62,718 bases of DNA from a virus (lineage: Duplodnaviria; Heunggongvirae; Uroviricota; Caudoviricetes): IMG/VR virus record IMGVR_UViG_3300015365_000054; one strand, written 5' to 3'. Position 1 is the first letter of the stretch, and each line of letters starts with the position of its first letter. Position numbers and translations under genes: made by a program. Below the pieces are notes generated by a model. That model searched no databases and was not told the origin of the DNA. It saw only the letters and a list, made by a program, of their open reading frames with translations. Below, piece by piece: positions 37,767 to 47,651 of this stretch.

Positions 37767-39917
37767 TTACGGTGCAACATATTCTTGCATTAAATATGCG
37801 CCCAAAGAGATTGCAGTTTGCTCATATGTCGTTTTTGTTGAATTTGGGCAAGAGAACATTGGATAATATGGCTGGATTCTACCAGATGTCACTGTTAATT
37901 CGCTTAATCTGTTATTAATTGTGGTCTGGTCTAACGCATCACCTTCTAATAGAGTTCCATTTAGGTCATTGTATGATTGTGATGTATTTCCTACGATAAT
38001 TTTAGTAGGATGCGCGTTTCTGATATCTGTCACAATGGTCTGTAATGCAGCCTGTAATCCAGATTGGTTGGTTGATCCTGCACTAGTCCAGCCAGCAGTA
38101 GAATGTACTCCTAGTGCTGTTGTGCAGTTATCAATAAACAACCCATCATACGAATAATATGATGAAGAAAATAATGCATCCACTCCAGCTTTATATGCGG
38201 TTTGGAATACACTTTTTCTATAATCCCAAAGTCTACACACTCCTGGTGTAGAGCTTCCACCTGGATTTCCAGCCGTGACTCCGCTTTTAGTAAATCCAAC
38301 TGGAGCAGACGAATATGAGGCAGCAACCCCATTACCTAAAGATGTTTCTATCCAAGGGAAATTAGCACCAGTACCAGACATTATATCTCTCATTATTTGA
38401 GCATTTGGTCCTGAAGTTGAATTTATTTGTTCTTCGCTTATTAGGAAATATACCAATATTTTTACATTTGGATTCTTTGCCTTGATAGCATCAGCAAATG
38501 CTCGTCCTTGATCTGAATTATTGGAATTAAATGGATATAATACAACAACATCATTAGTGGCTAATTGTGTGGTGTATATATCTGAACTTTGTGTGGTATA
38601 GTTAATAGAATCAACATACCATAACTGCCAACGCTTGGCAGTTGCTTCTGAGTATTTCCTGCCGCTTATAATTGGTCTTTGCATAACAGTGTTTATTGCA
38701 TTTTTCGTTACTCCAACCCCAGATAATATCTGTGCGGCAGCACTTCCCCAAGTAAAATCAGTTGCTGACCACACTCTACAAGTAAATTGAGTCACACTAG
38801 AAGACGCATCAAATGTTCCATCGTTATTTAACAATACATCAGTTATAGCTCCCCCAGTAACAGAAACAACTTCTACAATATCTCCAGATGCTAGATCCGG
38901 TGTGCTAGTGATACGAGAGCTTGATGTTGTATTTGGTGTTCCTATGGTAACCCAACTTCTGGCGTCTGGTGGAGTTATGGTAATAGCTTTTGTGTCTGTT
39001 GTTGATGCAGCAGTAACACGAAGCGTAGCTGATCCATAATATAAATCATATGAGCTTGGTGCATCAAATACAACATTAAATGTTATAGTTGAATCTGTTG
39101 TAGCTGTAACAGTCTGTGGTATTGTTCTACCTCCCTGTATAATATCAACAGTACCACCAGTCAGTAGACCACCAGTAATAACTACTCCGGTTTGGGTGGA
39201 TGTTATGATATTATCAGTATCTACATTAGTGATTGTAGCAACTGCTTGTCCAGAAAAAAATGCTCCAAATACATGAGTTCTCTGGTATCCTTGCCCTGGT
39301 AGAAATATTATCTCAGTTTGAGAAGTTGATGATATGGCTTTAGATTCATAACTTAATCCAGAATTATATCCTGAGAATAATCCGGATGCGAATAATGTTG
39401 CTCCACCACCAGCAGTTGGTGAAATCAGTGTCCCACCATTAACCATTGCTGCCCAACCACACAATATACCAGATGTATTGCTTGGTGTTATATACCCAGA
39501 AGACATTGATCCACCATCAATGTATGGGGGCGGTGATGCTGTATTATGGCTAGTCACATATCCAGTAGTAATTGCACCAGAGATTTCTGCTGCTGCCAAC
39601 ATAATATCTTCATTTGTTTTTCCATAGGTGGCTTGCAGAGTAAGAGATCCTGTTCCAGTAATTGGAACTATGAATCTGTAAATTTCGGCGTAATTTGCAG
39701 TATCATCTATATAATCGATTTGTACTGGAGTTCCGATTGTTGCTGTACCTGATAATTTGGATATAACACAGGTATGAGGTAGCGCAGCATGTGCCATGAA
39801 AAGAACGTCCAATACATTCCCAGAAGTCACATTCAGGGAAACAGGAACTGTTCCAGCTGCTGCTGTGCCTCCATACGCTGGACTAAATGCATCTATAATT
39901 TGAACTACTGTTGACAT
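37767..39917 (-). CDS. Virion appendage protein: Ig-like beta domains plus C-terminal putative glycoside hydrolase barrel
   Basis: T/S/G-rich beta repeats; C-terminal IKAKNPNVKILVY...WDYR..F...YDGLFIDN...IVGN...GTLLE, a pattern reminiscent of GH114/GHL-type barrels. Confidence 0.55.
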   Translation of the reverse strand: MSTVVQIIDAFSPAYGGTAAAGTVPVSLNVTSGNVLDVLFMAHAALPHTCVISKLSGTATIGTPVQIDYIDDTANYAEIYRFIVPITGTGSLTLQATYGKTNEDIMLAAAEISGAITTGYVTSHNTASPPPYIDGGSMSSGYITPSNTSGILCGWAAMVNGGTLISPTAGGGATLFASGLFSGYNSGLSYESKAISSTSQTEIIFLPGQGYQRTHVFGAFFSGQAVATITNVDTDNIITSTQTGVVITGGLLTGGTVDIIQGGRTIPQTVTATTDSTITFNVVFDAPSSYDLYYGSATLRVTAASTTDTKAITITPPDARSWVTIGTPNTTSSSRITSTPDLASGDIVEVVSVTGGAITDVLLNNDGTFDASSSVTQFTCRVWSATDFTWGSAAAQILSGVGVTKNAINTVMQRPIISGRKYSEATAKRWQLWYVDSINYTTQSSDIYTTQLATNDVVVLYPFNSNNSDQGRAFADAIKAKNPNVKILVYFLISEEQINSTSGPNAQIMRDIMSGTGANFPWIETSLGNGVAASYSSAPVGFTKSGVTAGNPGGSSTPGVCRLWDYRKSVFQTAYKAGVDALFSSSYYSYDGLFIDNCTTALGVHSTAGWTSAGSTNQSGLQAALQTIVTDIRNAHPTKIIVGNTSQSYNDLNGTLLEGDALDQTTINNRLSELTVTSGRIQPYYPMFSCPNSTKTTYEQTAISLGAYLMQEYVAP

Positions 39918-39940
39918 TAGTAATTATTCTCCAAAAGTTA

Positions 39941-42900
39941 TCATGCGTGGTTATATAACCAGTTATATGCAGTAACACCATATCCATCCGCAGGAGTACC
40001 TTCTTTATCTTTCGTTAGAACGTTTTCGCCTTCTTTACTATGTTCAAAATCATACCATCCAGCAGCATTGATTTGCCAGAAAATTACCCCTGCCCCATAA
40101 GTATCTGCCCATGTTGTTATGTCGGTGATCCATTGAGATCCACTAGCACCAGGATAAGTAACTTCGCCTGTCTCTGTACATACAAGTGGATAAGTCTGCA
40201 TAATAGTTTGTACGGTAGGCCAATTTGCTGGCATTGACCATTGTGATCCTTGATTATCCCACCCGATTCCGGTTCCTGATGGAACGCTGATTTGTAAACC
40301 TGTGCCACCTCCAGTGGAAGATTCTTGTACTAAGTTTCCGGTTGGTAGATGGTTTTGTAAGAACAATCCACGAGATTCATCATCAGCAAATGAAATTCCA
40401 GTGACTACCCCACCAGATGAAATTGAATCGATTGTAGCAGTTGCTTTTTTAAGGCAAGCGTTACTTGGTCTTGCGAATTTGACTGTATTACCTACTGCAT
40501 AACCGTTTCCGCCAGCTGTAATGGTTGCTGCTTTAATTTTCTGTGTTGGTGGATATGGGTGCCACGCCACAGCAAGATTACTGGCTGAATCTGTGGGTAT
40601 ATTAGCCAATACGCCAGATAGATCATCATTCCATCCATTGCCACTCACCATGCATACATTGGTTGCTCCGGCTGCTCGTACCGCGTTCAACATTTCCTGC
40701 ATACCAGCAATGCGCCATGTAGCATTTGCGTTGCTGATTGTGGCTGTGATGTTGAGGCTTAGACTTGAGTAAAATGTTGCGTAAGCACTGCGTAATTGGG
40801 ATATCCCCGGATCGCTAGGATGTATAGGATCTATAGAACCTTGTGTAATATTTCCTAATGCATATCTATTTACGCCATTCATAATCCATGGATTGGATGT
40901 AATGACTGCTGCTAATGCGGTGTTATAATTGACAGTATTACTACCATGTTGTAAATCAGCGGCATAGGGAATAGTATCCCAAAGTACTGTACGACCAAGA
41001 GCTTTTACTTTGTTTGATAATGTTAGAATGTTTGCACTCCATGCAGTTAATGCTCCTTGAGTACCATCGCCTGAATCATTGGTGCCCATTGCGAATTCAA
41101 CAAACCGAGTAGGGAATAGTGTTAGTACTTCATCAATAAGTCCTAACCAATTACTGCAACTCCACCCTGGAATGCCACCATTGACCATCAATGGATAGTC
41201 GCCAGCCGCCCATCCACCAGCGGCATTTGCAAGGTCTGGAAATGCGCTAGTAGCATTTCCTTGATTTTTGTATAATAAAGAATTGGCACTTATCGAGTCA
41301 CCTATAATCAGCACTGAGTTTGGTAGACCATAGGTTGAATCATATAGGTCGCACTTGATTTCAATATCAGAATTTCCTGCACTACCTTCACTGGCGGTGA
41401 AATATATCTCCACCCACTTCCAGTCTCCGGTCATACTTACTGTGTGCATACGTTTGGTATATTTGTTTCCTGTGATAGTTTCTATGGTATACCAACCACT
41501 TGTTGGACGTGCACCGGCTCCAGCTGTATTCACACGAATTTGATATGATCCAGGGCAGTTGTAGTATGTACCACCGCCCGTTAGGTCTGGTCTAAACCCA
41601 TAAGTAGCATCCTGCATCCAGAATAGCGTTACGTTGCGCAATCCAGCACTTACTTTATCGCCAATATAAAACGAACAATATTGTCCGTTTACTGTTCCAC
41701 TGCTGCGCCATCTATTATTATAGTTATTGCTTACCAAGTCAGCAGCAGTACCGCTTGAAACACTAGGTGCCTGAGATAGACTACGTGAAATTAGCGTTGC
41801 GCCTTTGCGTCCTGCGGTACGATTTAAACTGCCAGTGGAGAATGATCCAGACCAATCTTTAAAATATACTTTACTGTTAGTTGGATCATAACCGATGACT
41901 GTAGCTGTAGTTCCGCCTTGTGTGATTGTATCGCCTGGCCACAAATTAACACCTGTGTAAGCCGATAAATCTACCATGTTAATTTGTCTATATGTGCTAT
42001 TATTACTATTTCCAATTGCTTGATCTACATAGCCGCCTTCCATGAGAGTGACAAATGGTGCGGTGATTTGATAACCATTGCCGGATACTGTACCACTGTT
42101 TCCAGTAGTGGTAAGCGTAGTTGGCGTGTTACTGATGATTGTTGATTGATCACCAGTTGTTGTGTTCTTGAGCGTCCCTCCTGCAAACTGATTAATTTTC
42201 CAGCTCTTGGTGTTATCGACCAATGTAGTACCACTACCACCTGTTGCAGTTCCAGTACGAGCTGGTTGTAACGTACCATTCTGCTGACCAAGGGTAGGTT
42301 CATTGAACAACTCAAACATCACTGACGTGTCGCCCTTAAAAGTATTTGCAACTGATGTCCAAAAAGGTATACTATTATCATAATTAGCCATACAATCTTG
42401 TTGCATAGGTGCGATATTGGATGGACTAGTCCAATGTAAATCTAAAATTACAAAAGCACCATTTGATTTTGCTGCTGCGACTTGTGATATGATTGATGTG
42501 CGATAGTTCTGACCAGGATCACTGACGTGTAATTTACCATCAGTATCATATGTCCATGTGTTATTCCACGCAGCTTCGTTTAATGGGATACGAACGCAAT
42601 TGACCTTCCAGTCTGAATATACATGCGCAGGAGGACTATTTCCTCCAGATGGATCAGTTGGTGACCATCCCTGAATTGGTGCATATTCATTACCTGCAAT
42701 ATTCCACCCACGCAATTGAATAGTTTGTCCAGAACTACTTACTAATTGATTTCCACTAACACTTATTGCAGCAGTAGTAACAACTGGAGCATTTGTTGTT
42801 GCGCTTATGATATTAGAATCCGTGCTTCCATATGCGTTAGTGGTATGTATTCTAATATTATACGCAGTTGATGATGTTAATCCTGATAAAGTATATAATG

Positions 42901-43414
42901 TAGCACCTACTGTTATTGAAGATCCATATGTAGTCCAACTAGAATCGCTTGCTAATTTATACTGAACAGCCCAAGAAGTAGCATTTGATCCACCAGATAT
43001 CGTAAATGGTAAGGATGTTGAATTTGGACTTCCCGCTGTTAATGTAGGCGCAACTGGTGCCGATGTGTCTATTTGTGTTGCTGGTGATAATGTAGAACTA
43101 TACACTGTATAGTATGTATTAGTGCATTTTATTCGTATGTCATACGTTGTGTTTTGTGATAAACTTGTTATTGTATAAGACTGATCACCAACAGTTAATG
43201 TTGTTCCACCAGTACCCCAAGAACCTATAGAGGTTTTATATTGTAGTACCCAACCAGTTGCATTTGATCCACCAGAAATCGAAAATGTGATTGAATTGAT
43301 GGTGCTAGATGTAAATGTTAATGTTGGGGCAGTTATAGCATTCGTTGGGTTCGAATGTTTTCTACCACCAGAAGTAGATAAGCTCCAAGATTTAGAATTT
43401 ACATTTTTTGGCAT
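39941..43414 (-). CDS. Two fibronectin type III domains plus a GH5-like glycoside hydrolase with an inserted SGNH esterase
   Basis: FN3 (L..NTTYDIRI, L.SSTAYNIRI). GH5: LRGWN, VRIPLNE, ILDLH, FELFNEP, WHPY, CTETG, IFW. SGNH: IIGDSIS, GIPG, GTND, DPIHP. Confidence 0.8.
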   Translation of the reverse strand: MPKNVNSKSWSLSTSGGRKHSNPTNAITAPTLTFTSSTINSITFSISGGSNATGWVLQYKTSIGSWGTGGTTLTVGDQSYTITSLSQNTTYDIRIKCTNTYYTVYSSTLSPATQIDTSAPVAPTLTAGSPNSTSLPFTISGGSNATSWAVQYKLASDSSWTTYGSSITVGATLYTLSGLTSSTAYNIRIHTTNAYGSTDSNIISATTNAPVVTTAAISVSGNQLVSSSGQTIQLRGWNIAGNEYAPIQGWSPTDPSGGNSPPAHVYSDWKVNCVRIPLNEAAWNNTWTYDTDGKLHVSDPGQNYRTSIISQVAAAKSNGAFVILDLHWTSPSNIAPMQQDCMANYDNSIPFWTSVANTFKGDTSVMFELFNEPTLGQQNGTLQPARTGTATGGSGTTLVDNTKSWKINQFAGGTLKNTTTGDQSTIISNTPTTLTTTGNSGTVSGNGYQITAPFVTLMEGGYVDQAIGNSNNSTYRQINMVDLSAYTGVNLWPGDTITQGGTTATVIGYDPTNSKVYFKDWSGSFSTGSLNRTAGRKGATLISRSLSQAPSVSSGTAADLVSNNYNNRWRSSGTVNGQYCSFYIGDKVSAGLRNVTLFWMQDATYGFRPDLTGGGTYYNCPGSYQIRVNTAGAGARPTSGWYTIETITGNKYTKRMHTVSMTGDWKWVEIYFTASEGSAGNSDIEIKCDLYDSTYGLPNSVLIIGDSISANSLLYKNQGNATSAFPDLANAAGGWAAGDYPLMVNGGIPGWSCSNWLGLIDEVLTLFPTRFVEFAMGTNDSGDGTQGALTAWSANILTLSNKVKALGRTVLWDTIPYAADLQHGSNTVNYNTALAAVITSNPWIMNGVNRYALGNITQGSIDPIHPSDPGISQLRSAYATFYSSLSLNITATISNANATWRIAGMQEMLNAVRAAGATNVCMVSGNGWNDDLSGVLANIPTDSASNLAVAWHPYPPTQKIKAATITAGGNGYAVGNTVKFARPSNACLKKATATIDSISSGGVVTGISFADDESRGLFLQNHLPTGNLVQESSTGGGTGLQISVPSGTGIGWDNQGSQWSMPANWPTVQTIMQTYPLVCTETGEVTYPGASGSQWITDITTWADTYGAGVIFWQINAAGWYDFEHSKEGENVLTKDKEGTPADGYGVTAYNWLYNHA

Positions 43415-43424
43415 AATATTAACC

Positions 43425-43859
43425 TTAGAATATTAGAGACAATGCTAATTCAGTCACTGTTCCGGATACAGCAGACACAGAAACCCACACGAAACTATTT
43501 GCGGGTATTACATTGTTTGTAAATGATGTTGTAGTTGTTCCTGTGGTACTGGATGTCACGGTTATTCCTCCAGTGACAACTTCTGTTCCTGATGTTGATC
43601 TATCTGAGGCATATTTAATTGTAAATGTCACGCTTGGTGATGATGTTCCCACCAAAACAGAATGTATTTCTGTTAAATACAGATCATATGATGTATGAAA
43701 CATTGTAAATGTATCAGATGGGGTTGGTGTTGGGATTGTTATGGACTTTGTATTCTGGTTCTTTAATAACCATTTAGTACCATTCCAATACCATGTGTGC
43801 ATCCCATAAGAAAATGATTGATTTGTATTAGGTGATGATGGAAATGTTATTGATGTCAT
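43425..43859 (-). CDS. Small virion protein with the shared N-terminal FPxSP...WxWNG.xW module
   Basis: MTSITFPSSPNTNQSFSYGMHTWYWNGTKW; GGAG RBS; TATAAATA at 43881-43888. Confidence 0.7.
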   Translation of the reverse strand: MTSITFPSSPNTNQSFSYGMHTWYWNGTKWLLKNQNTKSITIPTPTPSDTFTMFHTSYDLYLTEIHSVLVGTSSPSVTFTIKYASDRSTSGTEVVTGGITVTSSTTGTTTTSFTNNVIPANSFVWVSVSAVSGTVTELALSLIF

Positions 43860-43879
43860 TTAATTACTCCGTGATTACA

Positions 43880-45643
43880 TTATTTATATAAAGATATGGC
43901 GTATAGGTAATTCCATTTAAATATATCACTGGTAGTCATCCCCATATGGTTACTATCATTCCATACTCCAGCAATCCTTCCTCTGGAATTCAATCCTACT
44001 GGGTTTTCTGGTGGTTTATCGGAATCGAATAGCACCATTAGCTGCATTGGTATATTATTTTGATTTATCGATGTACTTAATGAATAATAACTAGTGGATC
44101 CACTAGCAAGTGCGGTTAAATTGCTATTAATGACAGATACTCCTCTGCATCTCCCCGTCCATATTGCCGAATATGTCAACGGATTACTCTGTTGTGGTGA
44201 ATATTCATTCAATCCAGCATAACCATATGGGTAAGATGCTATTCGCATATCACTCACATTTATAGTAGAATCGGTATGGGCAAATGGTTCGAAAATAAAT
44301 CTGTTACTTTGCTCCGTCCATCCACCATGAACAATTACTTGCGCATCTTGAACGATATCGACATCGGAGTTTGGTCCAAAATTTGTGTCGTATGATCTGG
44401 CTCCACCCCTCATCATGCGTATACCTTGTGCACCTAAACCAAATCCACAATTTCTTATTTCTATATTAACTGCATTCCAGTTATCTATTTCTATTCCAGC
44501 TGCGCCTTTATGTGGATCACCTAATCCATAATCACCAAGTGATGATAATGCTGTCCAAGTTCCACCAGAAGTTCCTCCTGCTGTACAATACCACCCAACC
44601 GGAGATCCATATCCACCAGCAGCAGTCCAATTTAAAATATGTTGTCCGGTGTGCCATGTTCCGGTTGTTGGTGCGGATGTAATACCATTTGGCGGACCAT
44701 CAATCCATATAGAATAATTATTATAATCATTAACTGATTGTCTACCCGCACCAGTATCATCATAAAAATTCCAATTATTTGTGTTGTTGGTGAATGGGTA
44801 TGAATTGATATCTTCATTGGTTATAACAGTTGCAACAGTAAATTTAGCTTTGTTGGCATAGCTTGCTGCATAATTGGTATCAGCTAATGATTGATTTATT
44901 GCTGCTTGTATTGCATGTATTGTAAGTGTTTCTCCAACGGCATAACTTCTACCATTACTGGTGATTGTTGCTGATGTCACTATACCACCAGACACGATAA
45001 GTTTTGCTCTGGCGAAGCTACCAGCTGCTGTGATAGAATCCAATACAACATCATTGTATGTCCCATTAGGAAGTCCGACTCCAGCAGTATTGATTGTGAC
45101 TGTTTTTAATCCCCTACGATGATCACCTGAATAAGGTGTGCATAGATAAAATCTATGCTCACTATTGTTGATGCTACCAGTTAATCGTATTCCAGCTCCA
45201 CCATCAGCTGCCCAATTCACATAAACCTTTTCATAATTCCAAGCCGCATTAGAATGATTGTTTTCTCCACTAACCCAAGATACGTGTGTATTGATTCCAT
45301 ACTTGCATGATTGACGTAGATTTATAGTAATACCGAAATTAGGATCGCCCCAGTGTGATGCATTGTAACACCCAACAAATTTAAATAATGGTTGATCTGT
45401 TGGTAGTCCAGTGTAATTTAATTCTGGTCCTTGCCCTTGATCTACTTTATTTGGTTCAGAACTTCTTATGCTAAATTGTCCTAATCCAGTAAACACTTGT
45501 GGAGTTTGTATATTGAATTTACCATTGATAACTGCCGTTTTTCCATAGGCAGCAGCTTGCTGTAATAGATATGCAAATGCTGCGCCGTTATCAGCAACCG
45601 ATTCGCTCATTCCAACCGATGTTGCTAAAATTATATCACTCAT
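43880..45643 (-). CDS. Tailspike-like (beta-helix) protein
   Basis: ADNGAAF N-cap, G/N-rich parallel beta-helix character and Gly-rich fibre inserts; sits in the receptor-binding block. Confidence 0.55.
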   Translation of the reverse strand: MSDIILATSVGMSESVADNGAAFAYLLQQAAAYGKTAVINGKFNIQTPQVFTGLGQFSIRSSEPNKVDQGQGPELNYTGLPTDQPLFKFVGCYNASHWGDPNFGITINLRQSCKYGINTHVSWVSGENNHSNAAWNYEKVYVNWAADGGAGIRLTGSINNSEHRFYLCTPYSGDHRRGLKTVTINTAGVGLPNGTYNDVVLDSITAAGSFARAKLIVSGGIVTSATITSNGRSYAVGETLTIHAIQAAINQSLADTNYAASYANKAKFTVATVITNEDINSYPFTNNTNNWNFYDDTGAGRQSVNDYNNYSIWIDGPPNGITSAPTTGTWHTGQHILNWTAAGGYGSPVGWYCTAGGTSGGTWTALSSLGDYGLGDPHKGAAGIEIDNWNAVNIEIRNCGFGLGAQGIRMMRGGARSYDTNFGPNSDVDIVQDAQVIVHGGWTEQSNRFIFEPFAHTDSTINVSDMRIASYPYGYAGLNEYSPQQSNPLTYSAIWTGRCRGVSVINSNLTALASGSTSYYSLSTSINQNNIPMQLMVLFDSDKPPENPVGLNSRGRIAGVWNDSNHMGMTTSDIFKWNYLYAISLYK

Positions 45644-47640
45644 ATTACCGTTCCCCCATTTACGAAATTGGTAGAACCAAGTTCGGAAAAGTTTCTTATT
45701 GCCCCAATACCAGACACTCTAATTGCTCTTGGTGCAGTACAAACCGAATTGCCATATGACATTGCTACCAATGGTGCGTTTACATGGCTTGATACCACTT
45801 TACAGAATGCATCTGTTGTGTTTTGTGGTGATGTATAATCAGACTCCTCATCTATACCATCAATCACAATACTATCCGAGCAATCCTTTAATAATACTGC
45901 GTAAGGAGAATAACTTGTTCTTATGTATGTATCTCTTATACGAATTATACCAGTGACATTATTAAAATCTAAGTATCCTTGATCAGAAACTTGCATAGTC
46001 TGACTTGTGTATGTGCCGCCAATAGAAACCTGCCAGCTATTGACAGAACCACTTACGATAGAACCCAAACTAACAATACCACCATATCCACCATTTACAT
46101 ATATGGTCATCCCCACAGTTAAATATGGACTACCAGTAGTTGTTAGTGTCGTACCGGAGCATGATGCTGTTACTGTATAGGTTATATTTGGTATATACAT
46201 TCTAAGTGGTGTTCCCGATGATCCATATGTTCCACCAATACTTACTTGATAAGAACTTCCTGACCCACTTACAATTCTTCCTAATGCATTACCAGACGCA
46301 TCTAAAAGCATTTCACCTAATTTCATATTACCTGATCCAGCAGTAATAGTCACCGTTGTGCCGGAGCAATATCCGAGAACAGGAACCCATGTATTGATTG
46401 CTCCCTCTGCCCATAGAACAGGAGAACTATGATCCCATGTGGCTAGATCACAATTAGTAAATCTTGTCCAGCTCATATCATGGAAATTATAATTCCAATT
46501 ACTAATCCCGTATGATGTTCCATATGATGCTGTTGGTGTGCCACCTAACCCACGAACACAGCCAGTAAGTATTTGTGGTGTTAATGTAAATGATTGCGCT
46601 GAATTCTTAGTCACCAAATCAATTACTGATGTTGGAGCATTCAATGCTATGTAATTTGATGTTGTTAATTTTAATGTATTACTATCAATTACTACCACAT
46701 AATAAATAGTTCCATTAGTAAGTTCGCTAATTGCAGTTCCTGTGTATTTAACAGCGTATCCAGTCTGCAATCCATGACTATTCCATACAATAGAATTTGT
46801 CGTTAAATTAACGTTGGTATCTGATGCTAATATAGACGGGCTACTTGCTGCTTTCCCAGTATAAGATATGCGTTCAACTGTATACGCATTAGCGGCACCG
46901 CTTATCATATCAAATACACCAGAAGTAGTAGTGAAAACTGAAGCATTTGCTACTGGGAATGTAGTTTGGCTTGATGTTATTCCACTTGATCCAGTAGCAG
47001 TAGTGGTTGCAACATATTGTAATCCGTAGCTTGGTGTCGCAAATTTACTTTGCATGGAAGCATTCCAGCTATTCTTCGATGTCAAATAAACATTGAGACC
47101 ACTATCCGTGGACATTCCACATCTATCAAAAATCCAACCTTCACCACCAAAATTATATATTCCTGCATATTGGAATTTGCCTGTTATTATAACGCCAACA
47201 AATCTATTATCCCATCCTGCATAATCTCCACCCCAAGGCTGGATAGTTCTTTGGTGGAATATTGCGCATCTTGGTATTGACCCAGCTGTGGAATTTCCAC
47301 TGATGGTGATACCATTAAAAATAATATTGCTACTACCAGAAAGATCAATTCCTTGGGATGTTGATCCCGAAACAAAAAGGTTAGAAATTCCGGATTGGTA
47401 TGCATTTTTCCTATTCATTGAGAAAAATTGCAATCCATCACCGGATGCTGCGCCTGTAATATTTGTTATGTTCAGGTCAGTGATTCTATGATTACCCAAA
47501 TAGATATTTCGTATACCCGACGCTAATGCTGTATCTATGCATGTTTGTATAGCAGCAGTATCATCAGTGCCGAGGTTACTTACCCCATTACAATCTCCAA
47601 CTGCGCCAAACTCAAATGGTGTTAAATATGGTGTTATCAT
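45640..47640 (-). CDS. Tailspike / pectate-lyase-3-like beta-helix protein
   Basis: PFEFGAVGD....GTDDTAAIQ..ID motif. Confidence 0.7.
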   Translation of the reverse strand: MITPYLTPFEFGAVGDCNGVSNLGTDDTAAIQTCIDTALASGIRNIYLGNHRITDLNITNITGAASGDGLQFFSMNRKNAYQSGISNLFVSGSTSQGIDLSGSSNIIFNGITISGNSTAGSIPRCAIFHQRTIQPWGGDYAGWDNRFVGVIITGKFQYAGIYNFGGEGWIFDRCGMSTDSGLNVYLTSKNSWNASMQSKFATPSYGLQYVATTTATGSSGITSSQTTFPVANASVFTTTSGVFDMISGAANAYTVERISYTGKAASSPSILASDTNVNLTTNSIVWNSHGLQTGYAVKYTGTAISELTNGTIYYVVVIDSNTLKLTTSNYIALNAPTSVIDLVTKNSAQSFTLTPQILTGCVRGLGGTPTASYGTSYGISNWNYNFHDMSWTRFTNCDLATWDHSSPVLWAEGAINTWVPVLGYCSGTTVTITAGSGNMKLGEMLLDASGNALGRIVSGSGSSYQVSIGGTYGSSGTPLRMYIPNITYTVTASCSGTTLTTTGSPYLTVGMTIYVNGGYGGIVSLGSIVSGSVNSWQVSIGGTYTSQTMQVSDQGYLDFNNVTGIIRIRDTYIRTSYSPYAVLLKDCSDSIVIDGIDEESDYTSPQNTTDAFCKVVSSHVNAPLVAMSYGNSVCTAPRAIRVSGIGAIRNFSELGSTNFVNGGTVI

Positions 47641-47651
47641 TTATTTTATCC

